In this document: positions 21,547 through 31,520 of the stretch, piece by piece
Numbering within the stretch: position 1 is the stretch's first letter
How the letters are laid out: every line of letters begins with the position of its first letter
Source: an uncultured Phycisphaerales bacterium
GTDB taxonomy: Bacteria > Planctomycetota > Phycisphaerae > Tepidisphaerales > Tepidisphaeraceae
Reading direction: 5' to 3'
Assembly: GCA_963755915.1 (NCBI GenBank)
Contig: CAVWLP010000002.1
Span: 32,001 to 96,000 of the forward strand
DNA: 64,000 nt
Translations under genes and position numbers: made by a program
The notes under the pieces: generated by a model
Seen by the model: only the letters and a program-made list of their open reading frames with translations
Database searches by the model: none
Told to the model about the DNA's origin: nothing

Positions 21547-23109
21547 ATGGCCGATAAGCCGGATTACGACGCGATCATTATCGGGGCCGGGCACAATGGG
21601 CTGGTCGCGTCCTTTTATCTCGCACGGGCCGGGCTGCGCGTGCTGGTAGTTGAATCGCGCAAGATCGTGGGTGGCTGCTGCGTCACCGAGGAACTGATAC
21701 CCGGATTTCGTTTTTCCACCTGTGCCAACGTCCTCTGGCGCTGCGGCCTAAGATCGTGCGCGACATGGCGCTGCACGAACGGGGGTTTATCGTGGACGAG
21801 CGGCAGTTTCTCCGCCTGTTCCCGGGTGGCCGCTATATGTTCACCGAGCGGATCACGCCGGGAGAGAGCATGGCGGCGGTGCAAAAGGAGATTGCAAAAA
21901 TCTCAGCGGCCGACGCGGCGGCATATACCCGCTGGGCGGAGTTTCAGTCCCGTTTGATTCGGATCCTGGGTCCCTATCTGTTGCAGCCTCCGCCCCGGTT
22001 GGAGGAGATTTTGGCCCGCTGCGAAGACCCGGAGGACAAGCAAGCGCTATCCGCCGCGATCAACACATCGATTGCCGGCCTGACGGACAGTTTCTTCGAA
22101 TCGGAGGCCATGCGCGATGTCAGCGTCGGGGCTGATATTCCTGACTGCCAGGACGTCGGGACCGGCCTACTTTTCGCGCTAATTGCCGCAATGGGCTCGT
22201 ACACTGAGACCGGCGCCAAAGTGCTGAATGGATTCGTCCGGGGCGGGATGGGACGGCTGACCGAACTGATGGGCGAGGCGGCAAGAGAGGCGGGCGCGAC
22301 TATCCTAACGGAGAACCCAGTCGCACGGGTCCTAACGTCGGCGGGAAAGGCGATCGGGGTGGCGTTGCGGTCGGGAGAGGCGATTCGGGCCCGGATTGTA
22401 GTTTCGAACCTCGACCCTAAGCGCACCTTTTTGTCGCTATTGGCCGATGCCGACCTGAATTCAAATTTTGTCGCGAGGGTCCGCGGATTGCAAACCAGCG
22501 CGGCCGCTGGACTGAAATTCCATGGCGCATTGTCGGAAATACCCGATTACCGCGTTGACGGCCATTTGACCACGGAGCAGCGCCGGGAGGCCACTCTTAT
22601 CCTCGCGCCAGCCGGGACTATCGGAGAGCGGCCTGGCGGGCCGCCGAACGCGGAGACCTGCCGGAAGAACCGGTTCTCGGCGGCATGCTGCCAAGCGTCT
22701 ACGATCCCACTCTGGCCCCCCCTGGAAAGTACACCTGGTCGGCTTATTTGACCTGGGCTCCGATCCGGCCCCGGCACGGCACTTGGTCGGAATTGAAAAA
22801 GGAGATGGGAGAGCGGGTGATCCGCCTGATGGAACAATATACCACCAATTTTCGCCGCTCATTGATCGATTATGTGGTGCTGACTCCCGAGGATATGGAG
22901 GAACGCTACGGTTTGACCGACGGCAATATTCACCATGTGGATGCGAGCGCCTCACAAATGTTTTGGCGGCGGCCCCTGGAAGAACTGGCGCATTACCGAA
23001 CGCCGGTTCAAAATTTGTATCTTTCCGGTGCGGGAACCCATCCGTGGGGCGAAGTGTGCGGGTGCCGGGCCACAACGCGGCACATGTGATCCTATCGGAT
23101 CTGGGTTAA
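21547..23109 (+). CDS. Phytoene-desaturase-family (PYROXD2-like) FAD oxidoreductase, frameshifted
   Basis: YDAIIIGAGHNGLVAS, GGCCVTEELIPGFRFS, VRGGMG, PSVYDPTLAPPGK, GLTDGNIHH, YRTPVQNLYLSGAGTHP across three ORFs. Confidence 0.85.
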
Positions 23110-23389
23110 TGCTCTGCACGGTGGCGGGCCACATACGTAACGGACACGTCTTTGATTCCGCGATCGCGACAATAGGCTGCCACGGTCAGTCCGCCGGGCC
23201 GTTGTTCGTCAATGATGTGTCGCCAAGCTTCGGCACCCGGAAGTTGCAATTTGTTCATGCCGCGTCAGTGTGCCGACAGCCAGCCCAACAAAAAAAAGCA
23301 GTTGGGTGTCAGTCATCACTTCAAATGCCACCACCGATCATCGGATCAAATGCCACCACGTCCGATATATCGCAATCGACCGTCCCATT

Positions 23390-24301
23390 TCAAATTGACG
23401 CCGAGTTGTTGACTACCGGCGAGGCCGCTTCGGCAGGCTGAACCCCCACGCCAGAAGACAATGGCTTTCTGGCATCGGTGTCTTCCGGAGGGGAAAGCCC
23501 TTCATCGCCGCCGGTACTCCGGCGTCCTCGCGGTTTGGTGGATTCGATGCTTTCAGCGGTAGGCTTCGCCTCCGCGGCACGGTCTCGCAACCGATAGCTT
23601 CTGCCGGTGATCGCGATCACCTCGGCGTTGTGCAGGAAGCGATCGAGGATTGCCGTGGCGGCCGGTACGTCGCCGATCAATTTGCCCCAGTCTTCGAGCG
23701 GCCGGTTGCTGGTCATCATGGTGGAGCGAACCTGGTAACGCCGCATGATGATCTCGAAGAGATATTCGCCGGAGCGTTTGGGCAATTGCTTCATGCCCAT
23801 ATCGTCGATGATGAGCAGATCGGGCCGGAGATACCGCTCCATGATTTTGTCCTGCTGGTTGAGGGCCTCATCGTGCAGGAAGTCGCGCACCACGTCGAAG
23901 ATCGAGCGGTAAAGCACGACCGATCCGTTCTTGATGGCTTGGTATCCCAGTGCCTGGGCGATGTGACTTTTTCCCAGACCCGGCGGCCCGATCAGCAAGA
24001 CATCCCGCGCCTCGCGGATGAACCGGCCGGTTGCCAGCTCGAAGATCTGCTTGCGTTTGACCGACGAGTTGAAGGAAAAGTCGAACTCGTCGAGGGTCTT
24101 GAGTTCCCGAAAGCCCGCGATCTTGACGCGCCGGGCGATCAGGCGTTCATTGCGAATGAGCAATTCATCCTGAAGCACCAGTTCCAAAAACTCGCCGTGG
24201 GAAAGCTGATGGCCGGCGGCTTCCTGCAAGCGCACGTCCAAGGTGGAGGCCAAGCCCGAAAGCCGAAGGCGGGTCAGGGCGGTTCGTAACGATTCGTTCA
24301 T
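23390..24301 (-). CDS. istB: IS21 helper ATPase IstB
   Basis: LDEFDFSFN, GPPGLGKSH Walker A, LLIIDDMG, TSNRP...ATAILDRFLH...GRSYRLR. Confidence 0.93.
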   Translation of the reverse strand: MNESLRTALTRLRLSGLASTLDVRLQEAAGHQLSHGEFLELVLQDELLIRNERLIARRVKIAGFRELKTLDEFDFSFNSSVKRKQIFELATGRFIREARDVLLIGPPGLGKSHIAQALGYQAIKNGSVVLYRSIFDVVRDFLHDEALNQQDKIMERYLRPDLLIIDDMGMKQLPKRSGEYLFEIIMRRYQVRSTMMTSNRPLEDWGKLIGDVPAATAILDRFLHNAEVIAITGRSYRLRDRAAEAKPTAESIESTKPRGRRSTGGDEGLSPPEDTDARKPLSSGVGVQPAEAASPVVNNSASI

Positions 24302-24311
24302 AAATCTCCTT

Positions 24312-25963
24312 TCAAAAAAGTGGAGGCTTTGCCTCCACGGGGGTGTTATCGAAAGCGTCATGGACCAGTTGGGAGTAATCCGAAAGCGACCGGATCAGGG
24401 GATGCTCGGCGACGAACTCGAACTGTTGCTGTTGCGCGGCGGATTCCGATCGTTTCAGCAGATTGCGGATGTCGCGCAGCCGATGGGTGCCGTGCCCTTG
24501 AGCCACCTGACAGGCCTGTTCGATCATTTTGGCGGGATGGCGATGCGTGAGACTGACCAGCCCCATCACCACGCGCAAGGCGTGAATCCCCCGGCAATTC
24601 AGGACATTTTCAGCCCATTGGCCGGCGTGGGGACCGATGGCGCTGGCCTTGTTCATCCACCAGGCCGCGCCGCGTTCGATCCCGCCGCGCTTCTCGGGAA
24701 CGATGTGACGATCATCGGTGGCGAAGCGTCCCGGCTCGTGCTGAACGTGGATGGCAACCTGCCGAAGCTGAGAATCAAAGAGCCGGACGACGTGCCCGTC
24801 CCAGCGCGCCCAGATGGTCCGGCCGAGGAACTCCGGCGGCGCCGAGTAATACGCCTTGGCCACCTCCACGTGGCCATCACGGTTGACGATCCGCTGGGCT
24901 TCCTGAAAACAGGGGAACCGTCCCGGCGGAAGAGGCAATAGCGCCGGCTTCTCCACTTCCGCGAACATCCTCGCCACCTGCTTGCGCGTGGTGCCATGAA
25001 TGCGCGTGTCGGCGATGGTCGATTCCCATTCGGCCAGGAATTGGTTCTGCTCGGAAAGGCTCTTGAAGGTTCGGGCCTTGAGAGCATTCCCCTGGGCGTA
25101 TCCGACGCCGCGTTCGATCTTTCCCTTGTGCCGTGGCGTCCTTGGGCGCGTCGGCAAAATGACGGTGCCGTAGTGACGCGCGAACTCCTGAATCTTGGGA
25201 TTCAGATCGGGATCGTACCAGTCGGCATGGGTGACGGCCGCTTTGAGATTGTCGATCACCAGAGTTCTGGGAACACCGCCGAAGTGAATGAAGGCGTTTT
25301 CGATGCAGCGGATGAACTGCTCGGTGGTCTGCCGGGGCGTCACTTCGCTGTAGGCTTTGCGCGAGCAGCTCAGCACGATGCGGAACAGGTGGGGACGGGT
25401 TCGTTTGCCGTCGGGTGTGACGAGGGGCGCGCCCTTGCCGAAGTCCACCTGGGCCTCGGCGCCGGGGCGCATTCCATTCGCCGATAGGGCAATCCGTTGG
25501 TTCCGGCACGGTTGAGCCGCTGGACAAATCGCTGGACCGGTTGGTAAGGACCGTCGAAGCCATGATCGGCAGCCAAGTCCTGCCAGATACGCTTGGCCGT
25601 CAGGCCTTGCTCAAGACCCTGAAGGATGACGGTGCGCCATGGCTCGCACTGGCTGTGACGGCCGGAAAACCCGGTAATCGAAATGGCGGCATTTGAACCG
25701 ACAGATTCCGCCTCGCCGTGCATTGACCCGGTCATCGGAATGGTGGCATTTGCCTCCGATCTGACCTCGGACCCGGCAATCAGAATAGCGGCATCTGGAT
25801 CCGGCGGACCTGCACCGGGTGGTTCGATCACCGCGGATTTAATGTGACGAGAGACCGTCTCCCGGTCGATGCCCAGTTCCGCGGCGATCCGGCGATACGA
25901 CCAGTTCAGTCGCGCAAGTCCCAAGATTGTCTGATGTTCCGCCATTGTGAGCCGATTCGACAT
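24312..25963 (-). CDS. istA: IS21 transposase IstA, frameshift near 25465
   Basis: N-terminal HTH (SYRRIAAELGIDRETVSRH), AQVDFG, FGGVPRTLVIDNLKAAV, PRHKGKIERGV, RIHGTT. Confidence 0.92.
25669..25798. repeat. Three ~28-bp degenerate repeats inside istA containing the IS terminal motif
   Basis: ACCCGGTAATCGAAATGGCGGCATTTGA (25669), ACCCGGTCATCGGAATGGTGGCATTTGC (25726), ACCCGGCAATCAGAATAGCGGCATCTGG (25771). Confidence 0.8.
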
Positions 25964-26123
25964 CCGCAAGCTCCCACCGGCGAGCAGCCGGGAAGCTTAC
26001 GGACCGAATCTGCGCCTCTCCAAAATGGCGGCATTTGAAGTGATGTTACGTGGCGTGATTTAAGTGATGCGCTGACACAGTTGGTTTATCGCACACGGAA
26101 AAACCGTAACCGCCGCTGCAAGC

Positions 26124-26176
26124 TTGACCATACTGGCCCATTTACATATTATGCGACTATATAGGTATAATATCCT
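26124..26176 (+). promoter_or_regulatory. Sigma70-like promoter with downstream operator-like motif
   Basis: TTGACC (26124), 17-bp spacer, TATTAT (26147). AGGTATAATATCCT at 26163-26176. Confidence 0.6.
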
Positions 26177-26368
26177 TTTTCGCTTTGATATTAGCCGGTG
26201 AAACGTAACAATGAGGACGGCCATCGCCTCATTTCGTGCCTCTAGAACGAACAAGTTCCAGGTTTATCATGATGGTCCTTTGCCCGGATTTGTCTCGCCT
26301 GTATTGTTTGCGGATTTCTAGTTAACCCCAATCCGCGACAAAAAGGCGACAGGATGGGGACGCCAAAC

Positions 26369-27855
26369 ATGGCTATTAATAAAAAGCCGGGCAGTCTGCG
26401 GGCCGGCGTGGGCAAAAGCGATATCACGACCGAGTCGCCTGACGCCGTAATACTTGACCGGCTATTCGCCAAAGCTCTGGTTCTGGACGACGGCGTGACA
26501 AAGCTTGCCATTGTCACGATGGACGTGACGGCGATTGGCGGACGGCGGATTTCGCAGGGCATGTTGCCAGATGTTTCCGAAGAGTTTCTGCCAACGCTTC
26601 GGGAGCGGATACAAAATGAATTGGGCGTCCCAGCCAAGCACGTGATGGTTAATGCTTCCCACACCCACCCTCCGGGGCGAATGCTTTGCGACGACGCGGC
26701 ACAATTGGATCGAACGTTTGATGCCGTCCGCCAAGCGATGGACGGCCTCACGGAAGTGACGGTCGGCGCAGGGTCCGGCACAGAAGACAGAATTACGATC
26801 AACCGCAATCTCAAGCTCAAGGATGGCCGCCACTGGACTATCCGCCACGCCAACCCGTGTCCGCCGAGCGGTGAGGTCGTTGGCGTCGGCCCGCATGACC
26901 CCCAGATCGGGATTCTACGCATCGATCGACTGGACGGCCGCCCGCTTGCCGTAGCATACAACTTCGCGTCGCACCTGCTGTTCGGCGATCCGGAAGGCAA
27001 GATCACCGCCAATTTCTGCGGCGTCGCATCCAATTTCATTGAAGAATCGATCGGCCATGGCGCGATGGCGCTCTTCTTACAGGGCGCTGCCGGGGATGTG
27101 GTGGATATTTTCTTCAAGGACTTCAATCGGCCTCGCGACATCAAGCTGCTTGGTATCATGCTGGGACAAAGCACGGTGGCGGCGCTGCGCGACATCACCA
27201 CCGATCGGCGCGACTAGGCGTCATTTCGAAGATCATCGACCTTCCTCGCGGAACGGACATCCCCGCCCGTATCGCGGCGTTGCAAAAGGAGCAGCAAGAA
27301 CTGCTCGAATCGCTTCGCTACACGGCTCTGAATTTCGAGAGTTTTTTGCCGCTGTATCTCAAACATATTTTCAGCGCAAAACATCCCGCGGACTGTTCCT
27401 ACCGGTATCTTCAAGCGGAAAAGATCGGCAATTATGAATTGGCCGCGATGGATAGATTTGTCGAGCGACTTCTTGAGAAGTATCTCCAGAATATCCGCAC
27501 GATGGAAAGGCTGGGACGGATTCGCGAGAATATCGCGACACTGCACAAGCATCTCGTGCTCAATGAGGATTCCGGCGAAACGACCATCCGCGCTGAGATC
27601 CAAGGCATCCGCATCGGCGACTTTGTGTTGATAGCCGCGCCGATTGAGGTGCTGACGGAAGTGGCCCTAAACGTCAAGAAGGGGTCGCCGCACAAGCACA
27701 CGTTTATCGCGGGTTTTTCGAACGGGTACATGCACTACGGCCCGCCCGCGGCTGACTATGGCAAGGGCGGTTACGAAGTGAACGAGTGCCTGCTCGCACC
27801 CGAATGGCAAGCGATCTTTGAGCGGACGGCGCGAGACATTCTCTCCAAGCTGTAG
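26369..27855 (+). CDS. Neutral/alkaline ceramidase-like amidohydrolase, frameshift near 27205
   Basis: LRAGVGKSDIT, LFAKALVLDDG, NASHTHP, NFASH, FLQGAAGDV, RIGDFVLIAAPIEV...FSNGYMHY...GGYEV. Confidence 0.75.
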
Positions 27856-27876
27856 CACGCCAACCTGGATTGGGTC

Positions 27877-30294
27877 ATGCATTGGATAGACTGGATCATT
27901 GCCTTATCTCCGCTGATCGTGGTGGCCGCGCTGATCGTCTGGGGGCGCGGGCATGTGCACAGCGTTGCGGATTTTCTGACGGGCGGTCGCGTCGCCGGAC
28001 GGTACCTGCTGGCAGTATCGGGGATGGGGGCTAGTCAAGGGATCTTCGGTTTGTTGGCGATGTATGAGGCCTATTACCAATCGGGGTTTGCGTATGGATT
28101 CTGGAACGCCCTCTATACGGTCACGGCAGTCGTGATGTCCCTGACCGGATACTGCACTTATCGCTATCGGGAAACGTGCGCCATGACGATGGGCCAGTTC
28201 CTGGAGATGCGATACAGCCGCCGATTCAGAATCTTCGCCGGATGTTTGCAGTCATTGTCCGGCGTGCTCAACTATGGACTCTTTCCTGCCGTCTCCGGAC
28301 AATTCTTCGTATTTTTCTGCGGCCTGCCGACCGAGTTCGAGCTTTTTGGTTTTGCCGTCCGCACGTGGATTCTGATCATGGCGATCTATCTGGCCATCGC
28401 CGTGCTGCTGGCGACATCGGGTGGGCAGCTCAGCATTATGGTGGCGGACTGCATCGTCGGGGTGCTGAGCTATCCGATGTATCTATGTGTCGTGGCCTAT
28501 ATACTGTGGAAGTTTTCTTGGTTTCACGATTTCGCACCGCCACTGTTGGATCGTCCGCGCGGACTTAGCCTGATTAATCCATTCGACATCGTACAGCTGC
28601 GGGAATTCAACATATTCTATGTGGTCGTGGGGATCTTCGGTGGGATCATCAACCAATTGGCCTGGTCAGGCAACCAGGGATTCAGTGCGGCCGGCAGGAA
28701 CGCGCACGAACAGAAGATGGCCGGCATTCTGCAAACGTGGCGGACCGGATTTTCGATGATCATGTACATTTTGGTGCCGGTGCTGGCGATCTCGTTTTTC
28801 AACAGTTTGAAGTTTCAGGACGGTCCGCGCGGGTCGGACGCTTGCCGAATAGAACTGGCGTCGAAGGTCGCCAGCGAAGTTTTGCCTGGTCAGCCGCTCG
28901 CCGCGCCTCGACGTGAAGTGGTCGCGTTTCTGAGAGTAGGCAAAATCACACCAGCGTTACAGAGTCTGCTCGACAAGAGCGCTCCCTTCAAAGGCCCACC
29001 GGATGCCGAAACTGCTGCGGCAGCGAAAGCTTCCTCGACCGATGTGCCGATGGCCCCAAGCGCCCGTGTCCAAGTAGCCCGGGATGCCATCCGTGCCGTT
29101 GATCCCGCCGCGTCGCAGAGATTTGCGACGATCTTCCGCCAAATGAGCGTACCGATGGCGGTGCGATATATCATGCCCGTCGGCATTATTGGTATCTTCT
29201 GCGCGATTTGCATCGGCCTGCTGATGTCGACGGACGCGTCGTACCAGCACTCGTGGGGTTCGATCATCGTTCAGGACATAATTCTTCCGCTTCGCAAGAC
29301 GCCGCTCTCTCCTCGTCGTCACCTCCTGGTATTGAGATGTCTGATCGCGTTCGTGGCAACATTTGCGTTTTTCTTTAGCTGTTTTTTTGGCCAAATCGAC
29401 TACATCTTAATGTTCCAGGCGATCACCGGCGCGATTTGGCTTGGTGGCAGCGGCCCATGCATTGTAGGAGGCCTCTACTGGAAGCGCGGCACGACGGTGG
29501 CCGCCTGGTGCACCCTGCTTGCAGGTTCCGGCCTGGCTTTGTTGTCGATCGCTGTTCAGAGATACTGGGTTGGACTGATTTATCCCTGGCTTGTTCAGCA
29601 CGAAATGGTTGACACGGTTGCTCGATGGCTGCAAACGGCGTCCAGGCCGTTTGAGCCGATCATCAAGTGGCGAATGAGCGCAGACGAGTTTCCCATCAAC
29701 TCGCAGGAGCTGTTTGCGATCAACATGCTGGTATCGGTTGGAACTTATGTCATTGTGTCATTAATGACGTTGCGCGAGCCGTTCAACATGGATCGCCTGC
29801 TGCATCGCGGGAAATATCGCCGGGCAGATGAGCCGGTTTTAGCGAAAGAGCGCCTGACCCTGCATAATGCCTTTTCGAAGCTGATCGGCATCGATTCACA
29901 ATACACGCGCGGCGACAAAATCTTGGCGTGGTCCGTGTTCATCTGGTCTTTCGGCTGGGGGTTCGGCGTCTGTTTCGGAATTATTACGATCTGGAATCTA
30001 TTCAGTCCGTGGAGCGACTATGCATGGTCCAAATGGTTCTACATTAACAACGTCGTCCTTGCCGGAGTGATCGGCGTGGTCTCGACAGTCTGGTTCACGA
30101 TCGGCGGATCCATAGACCTGCGCAGGCTCTTTCGAGATTTGAAAACCAAGCGCGAGAATATTCTCGACGACGGCCACGTGATCGGTCACGTATCCGCAGA
30201 TGAAGTGGCGCAGGTTGAGAAAGTAGAACATGTCACAACCGGGAAAGAAGGAAGTCATGGAGGAACCGAAGCGGTGATGAAGCGAAGCACTTAG
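27877..30294 (+). CDS. Sodium:solute symporter (SSS) family transporter with a large extramembrane insertion
   Basis: MHWIDWII, SVADFLTGGRVAGRYL, MTMGQFLEMRYSRRFR, MSTDASYQHSWGSIIVQD, GGLYWKRGT, and many TM helices. Confidence 0.88.
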   Translation: MHWIDWIIALSPLIVVAALIVWGRGHVHSVADFLTGGRVAGRYLLAVSGMGASQGIFGLLAMYEAYYQSGFAYGFWNALYTVTAVVMSLTGYCTYRYRETCAMTMGQFLEMRYSRRFRIFAGCLQSLSGVLNYGLFPAVSGQFFVFFCGLPTEFELFGFAVRTWILIMAIYLAIAVLLATSGGQLSIMVADCIVGVLSYPMYLCVVAYILWKFSWFHDFAPPLLDRPRGLSLINPFDIVQLREFNIFYVVVGIFGGIINQLAWSGNQGFSAAGRNAHEQKMAGILQTWRTGFSMIMYILVPVLAISFFNSLKFQDGPRGSDACRIELASKVASEVLPGQPLAAPRREVVAFLRVGKITPALQSLLDKSAPFKGPPDAETAAAAKASSTDVPMAPSARVQVARDAIRAVDPAASQRFATIFRQMSVPMAVRYIMPVGIIGIFCAICIGLLMSTDASYQHSWGSIIVQDIILPLRKTPLSPRRHLLVLRCLIAFVATFAFFFSCFFGQIDYILMFQAITGAIWLGGSGPCIVGGLYWKRGTTVAAWCTLLAGSGLALLSIAVQRYWVGLIYPWLVQHEMVDTVARWLQTASRPFEPIIKWRMSADEFPINSQELFAINMLVSVGTYVIVSLMTLREPFNMDRLLHRGKYRRADEPVLAKERLTLHNAFSKLIGIDSQYTRGDKILAWSVFIWSFGWGFGVCFGIITIWNLFSPWSDYAWSKWFYINNVVLAGVIGVVSTVWFTIGGSIDLRRLFRDLKTKRENILDDGHVIGHVSADEVAQVEKVEHVTTGKEGSHGGTEAVMKRST

Positions 30295-30336
30295 AATGAA
30301 CAATGCTATGATTGCGGGCAATCACTCGCGCCGCCC

Positions 30337-31497
30337 ATGAATGAAACAAAGATTAATTTTGACGTGATCGTCGTCGGTGTCGGAAGCATGGGCTCGGCCG
30401 CATGTTTCCAATTGGCCCGCCGCGGCGTTCGCGTTTTGGGCTTGGAGCGATTCGATATTCCGCACGGAATGGGCTCAGCGCACGGCTTTTCGCGCATGAT
30501 CCGCCTCGCCTATTTCGAGCATCCCGATTACGTTCCTCTGCTTCGCCGGTCGTATGAGTTGTGGGAAGAACTCGCCGCGGAACTTCGCCGCGACGTGATT
30601 CACATCACCGGAGGGTTGACGCTCGGCCCGCCCGGGGCCGAGGTCCTGGAAGGAAGCCTCCACTCGGTGAGAAGGTACGACCTTCCCCACGAATTGCTCG
30701 ATGCCGACGAGGCCATGAAGTGCTTCCCCCAATTCAAATTGCCGCAGGACTATCGCGTTCTTCACGATCATAAAGCTGGACTGGTCCTACCCGAGCGCGC
30801 CGTCGCCGGTTACGCGGAATTGGCCATGCGCAGCGGCGCCGAACTCCACGGCCAGGAGCCGGTCGAATCATGGGAAGCGTCGAGCAAAGATGTCGTTGTT
30901 CGGACTACAAAGGCAACCTACAGCGCTTCCACCGTATTATTCTGCGGCGGCGCCTGGACCGACAAACTGGTGCGCGACCTCGGTGTTCCGCTCACGGTCA
31001 CGCGTCAGCCCCTGGCCTGGGTCTGGCCCAAATCGCCCGAACTGTTCTCGCTCGGTAAATTCCCGGTCTGGATGCTAGAGCACCGCGACGGCTCCATTCA
31101 CTACGGCTTTCCCATGCTCCCCGACAATCCCGGTTTCAAACTGGCCTCGCATAAACGATCCGAGCCGACCGATGCCGAGATGCTCGACCGCTCCGTTCAC
31201 CCATCCGACGAACTGGCGATTCGCGGGGTGCTACGCGATTTCATTCCCGCCGCCGACGGTCCGCTGCTCTCCTTGCGCGTCTGTATGTACACCAACAGCC
31301 CCGACCACCAGTTCATCATCGATCGCCATCCAAACCATTCCAACGTCATAGTCGCCTGCGGCTTCAGCGGGCACGGATTTAAGTGTGCCAGCGGCATCGG
31401 CCAGGTCCTGGCGGAATTGGCGCTGGACGGGCGTTCGTCCTTGCCCGTGGAATTTCTGAGTCTGAAACGCTTCGGAGTTTCCGCGTCAATACTTTAG
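30337..31497 (+). CDS. solA: N-methyl-L-tryptophan oxidase / monomeric sarcosine oxidase family
   Basis: DVIVVGVGSMGSAA, GSAHGFSRMIRLAYFEHPDYVPLL, CMYTNSPDHQFIIDRHP, CGFSGHGFK. Confidence 0.88.
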   Translation: MNETKINFDVIVVGVGSMGSAACFQLARRGVRVLGLERFDIPHGMGSAHGFSRMIRLAYFEHPDYVPLLRRSYELWEELAAELRRDVIHITGGLTLGPPGAEVLEGSLHSVRRYDLPHELLDADEAMKCFPQFKLPQDYRVLHDHKAGLVLPERAVAGYAELAMRSGAELHGQEPVESWEASSKDVVVRTTKATYSASTVLFCGGAWTDKLVRDLGVPLTVTRQPLAWVWPKSPELFSLGKFPVWMLEHRDGSIHYGFPMLPDNPGFKLASHKRSEPTDAEMLDRSVHPSDELAIRGVLRDFIPAADGPLLSLRVCMYTNSPDHQFIIDRHPNHSNVIVACGFSGHGFKCASGIGQVLAELALDGRSSLPVEFLSLKRFGVSASIL

Positions 31498-31520
31498 GAA
31501 TTGATCTGATTCGCTTGAAG

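Larger units (their letters stand above)
23307..26077 (-). mobile_element. IS21-family insertion sequence (copy A)
   Basis: Ends TGTCAG...CTGACA with repeated TCAAATGCC(A/G)CCA motifs, istA and istB. Flanked by CAGTTGG on both sides (one extra G on the left). Confidence 0.92.

Noticed and set aside
21547-23109. crtI carotenoid biosynthesis
   Set aside because: The motifs fit the broader PYROXD2-like group and no other crt genes are nearby.
23441-23528. Hammerhead ribozyme in the istB tail (CGAUGA followed by a hairpin and GAA on the minus strand)
   Set aside because: The core CUGAUGA and GAAA are not matched and the stem topology does not fit.
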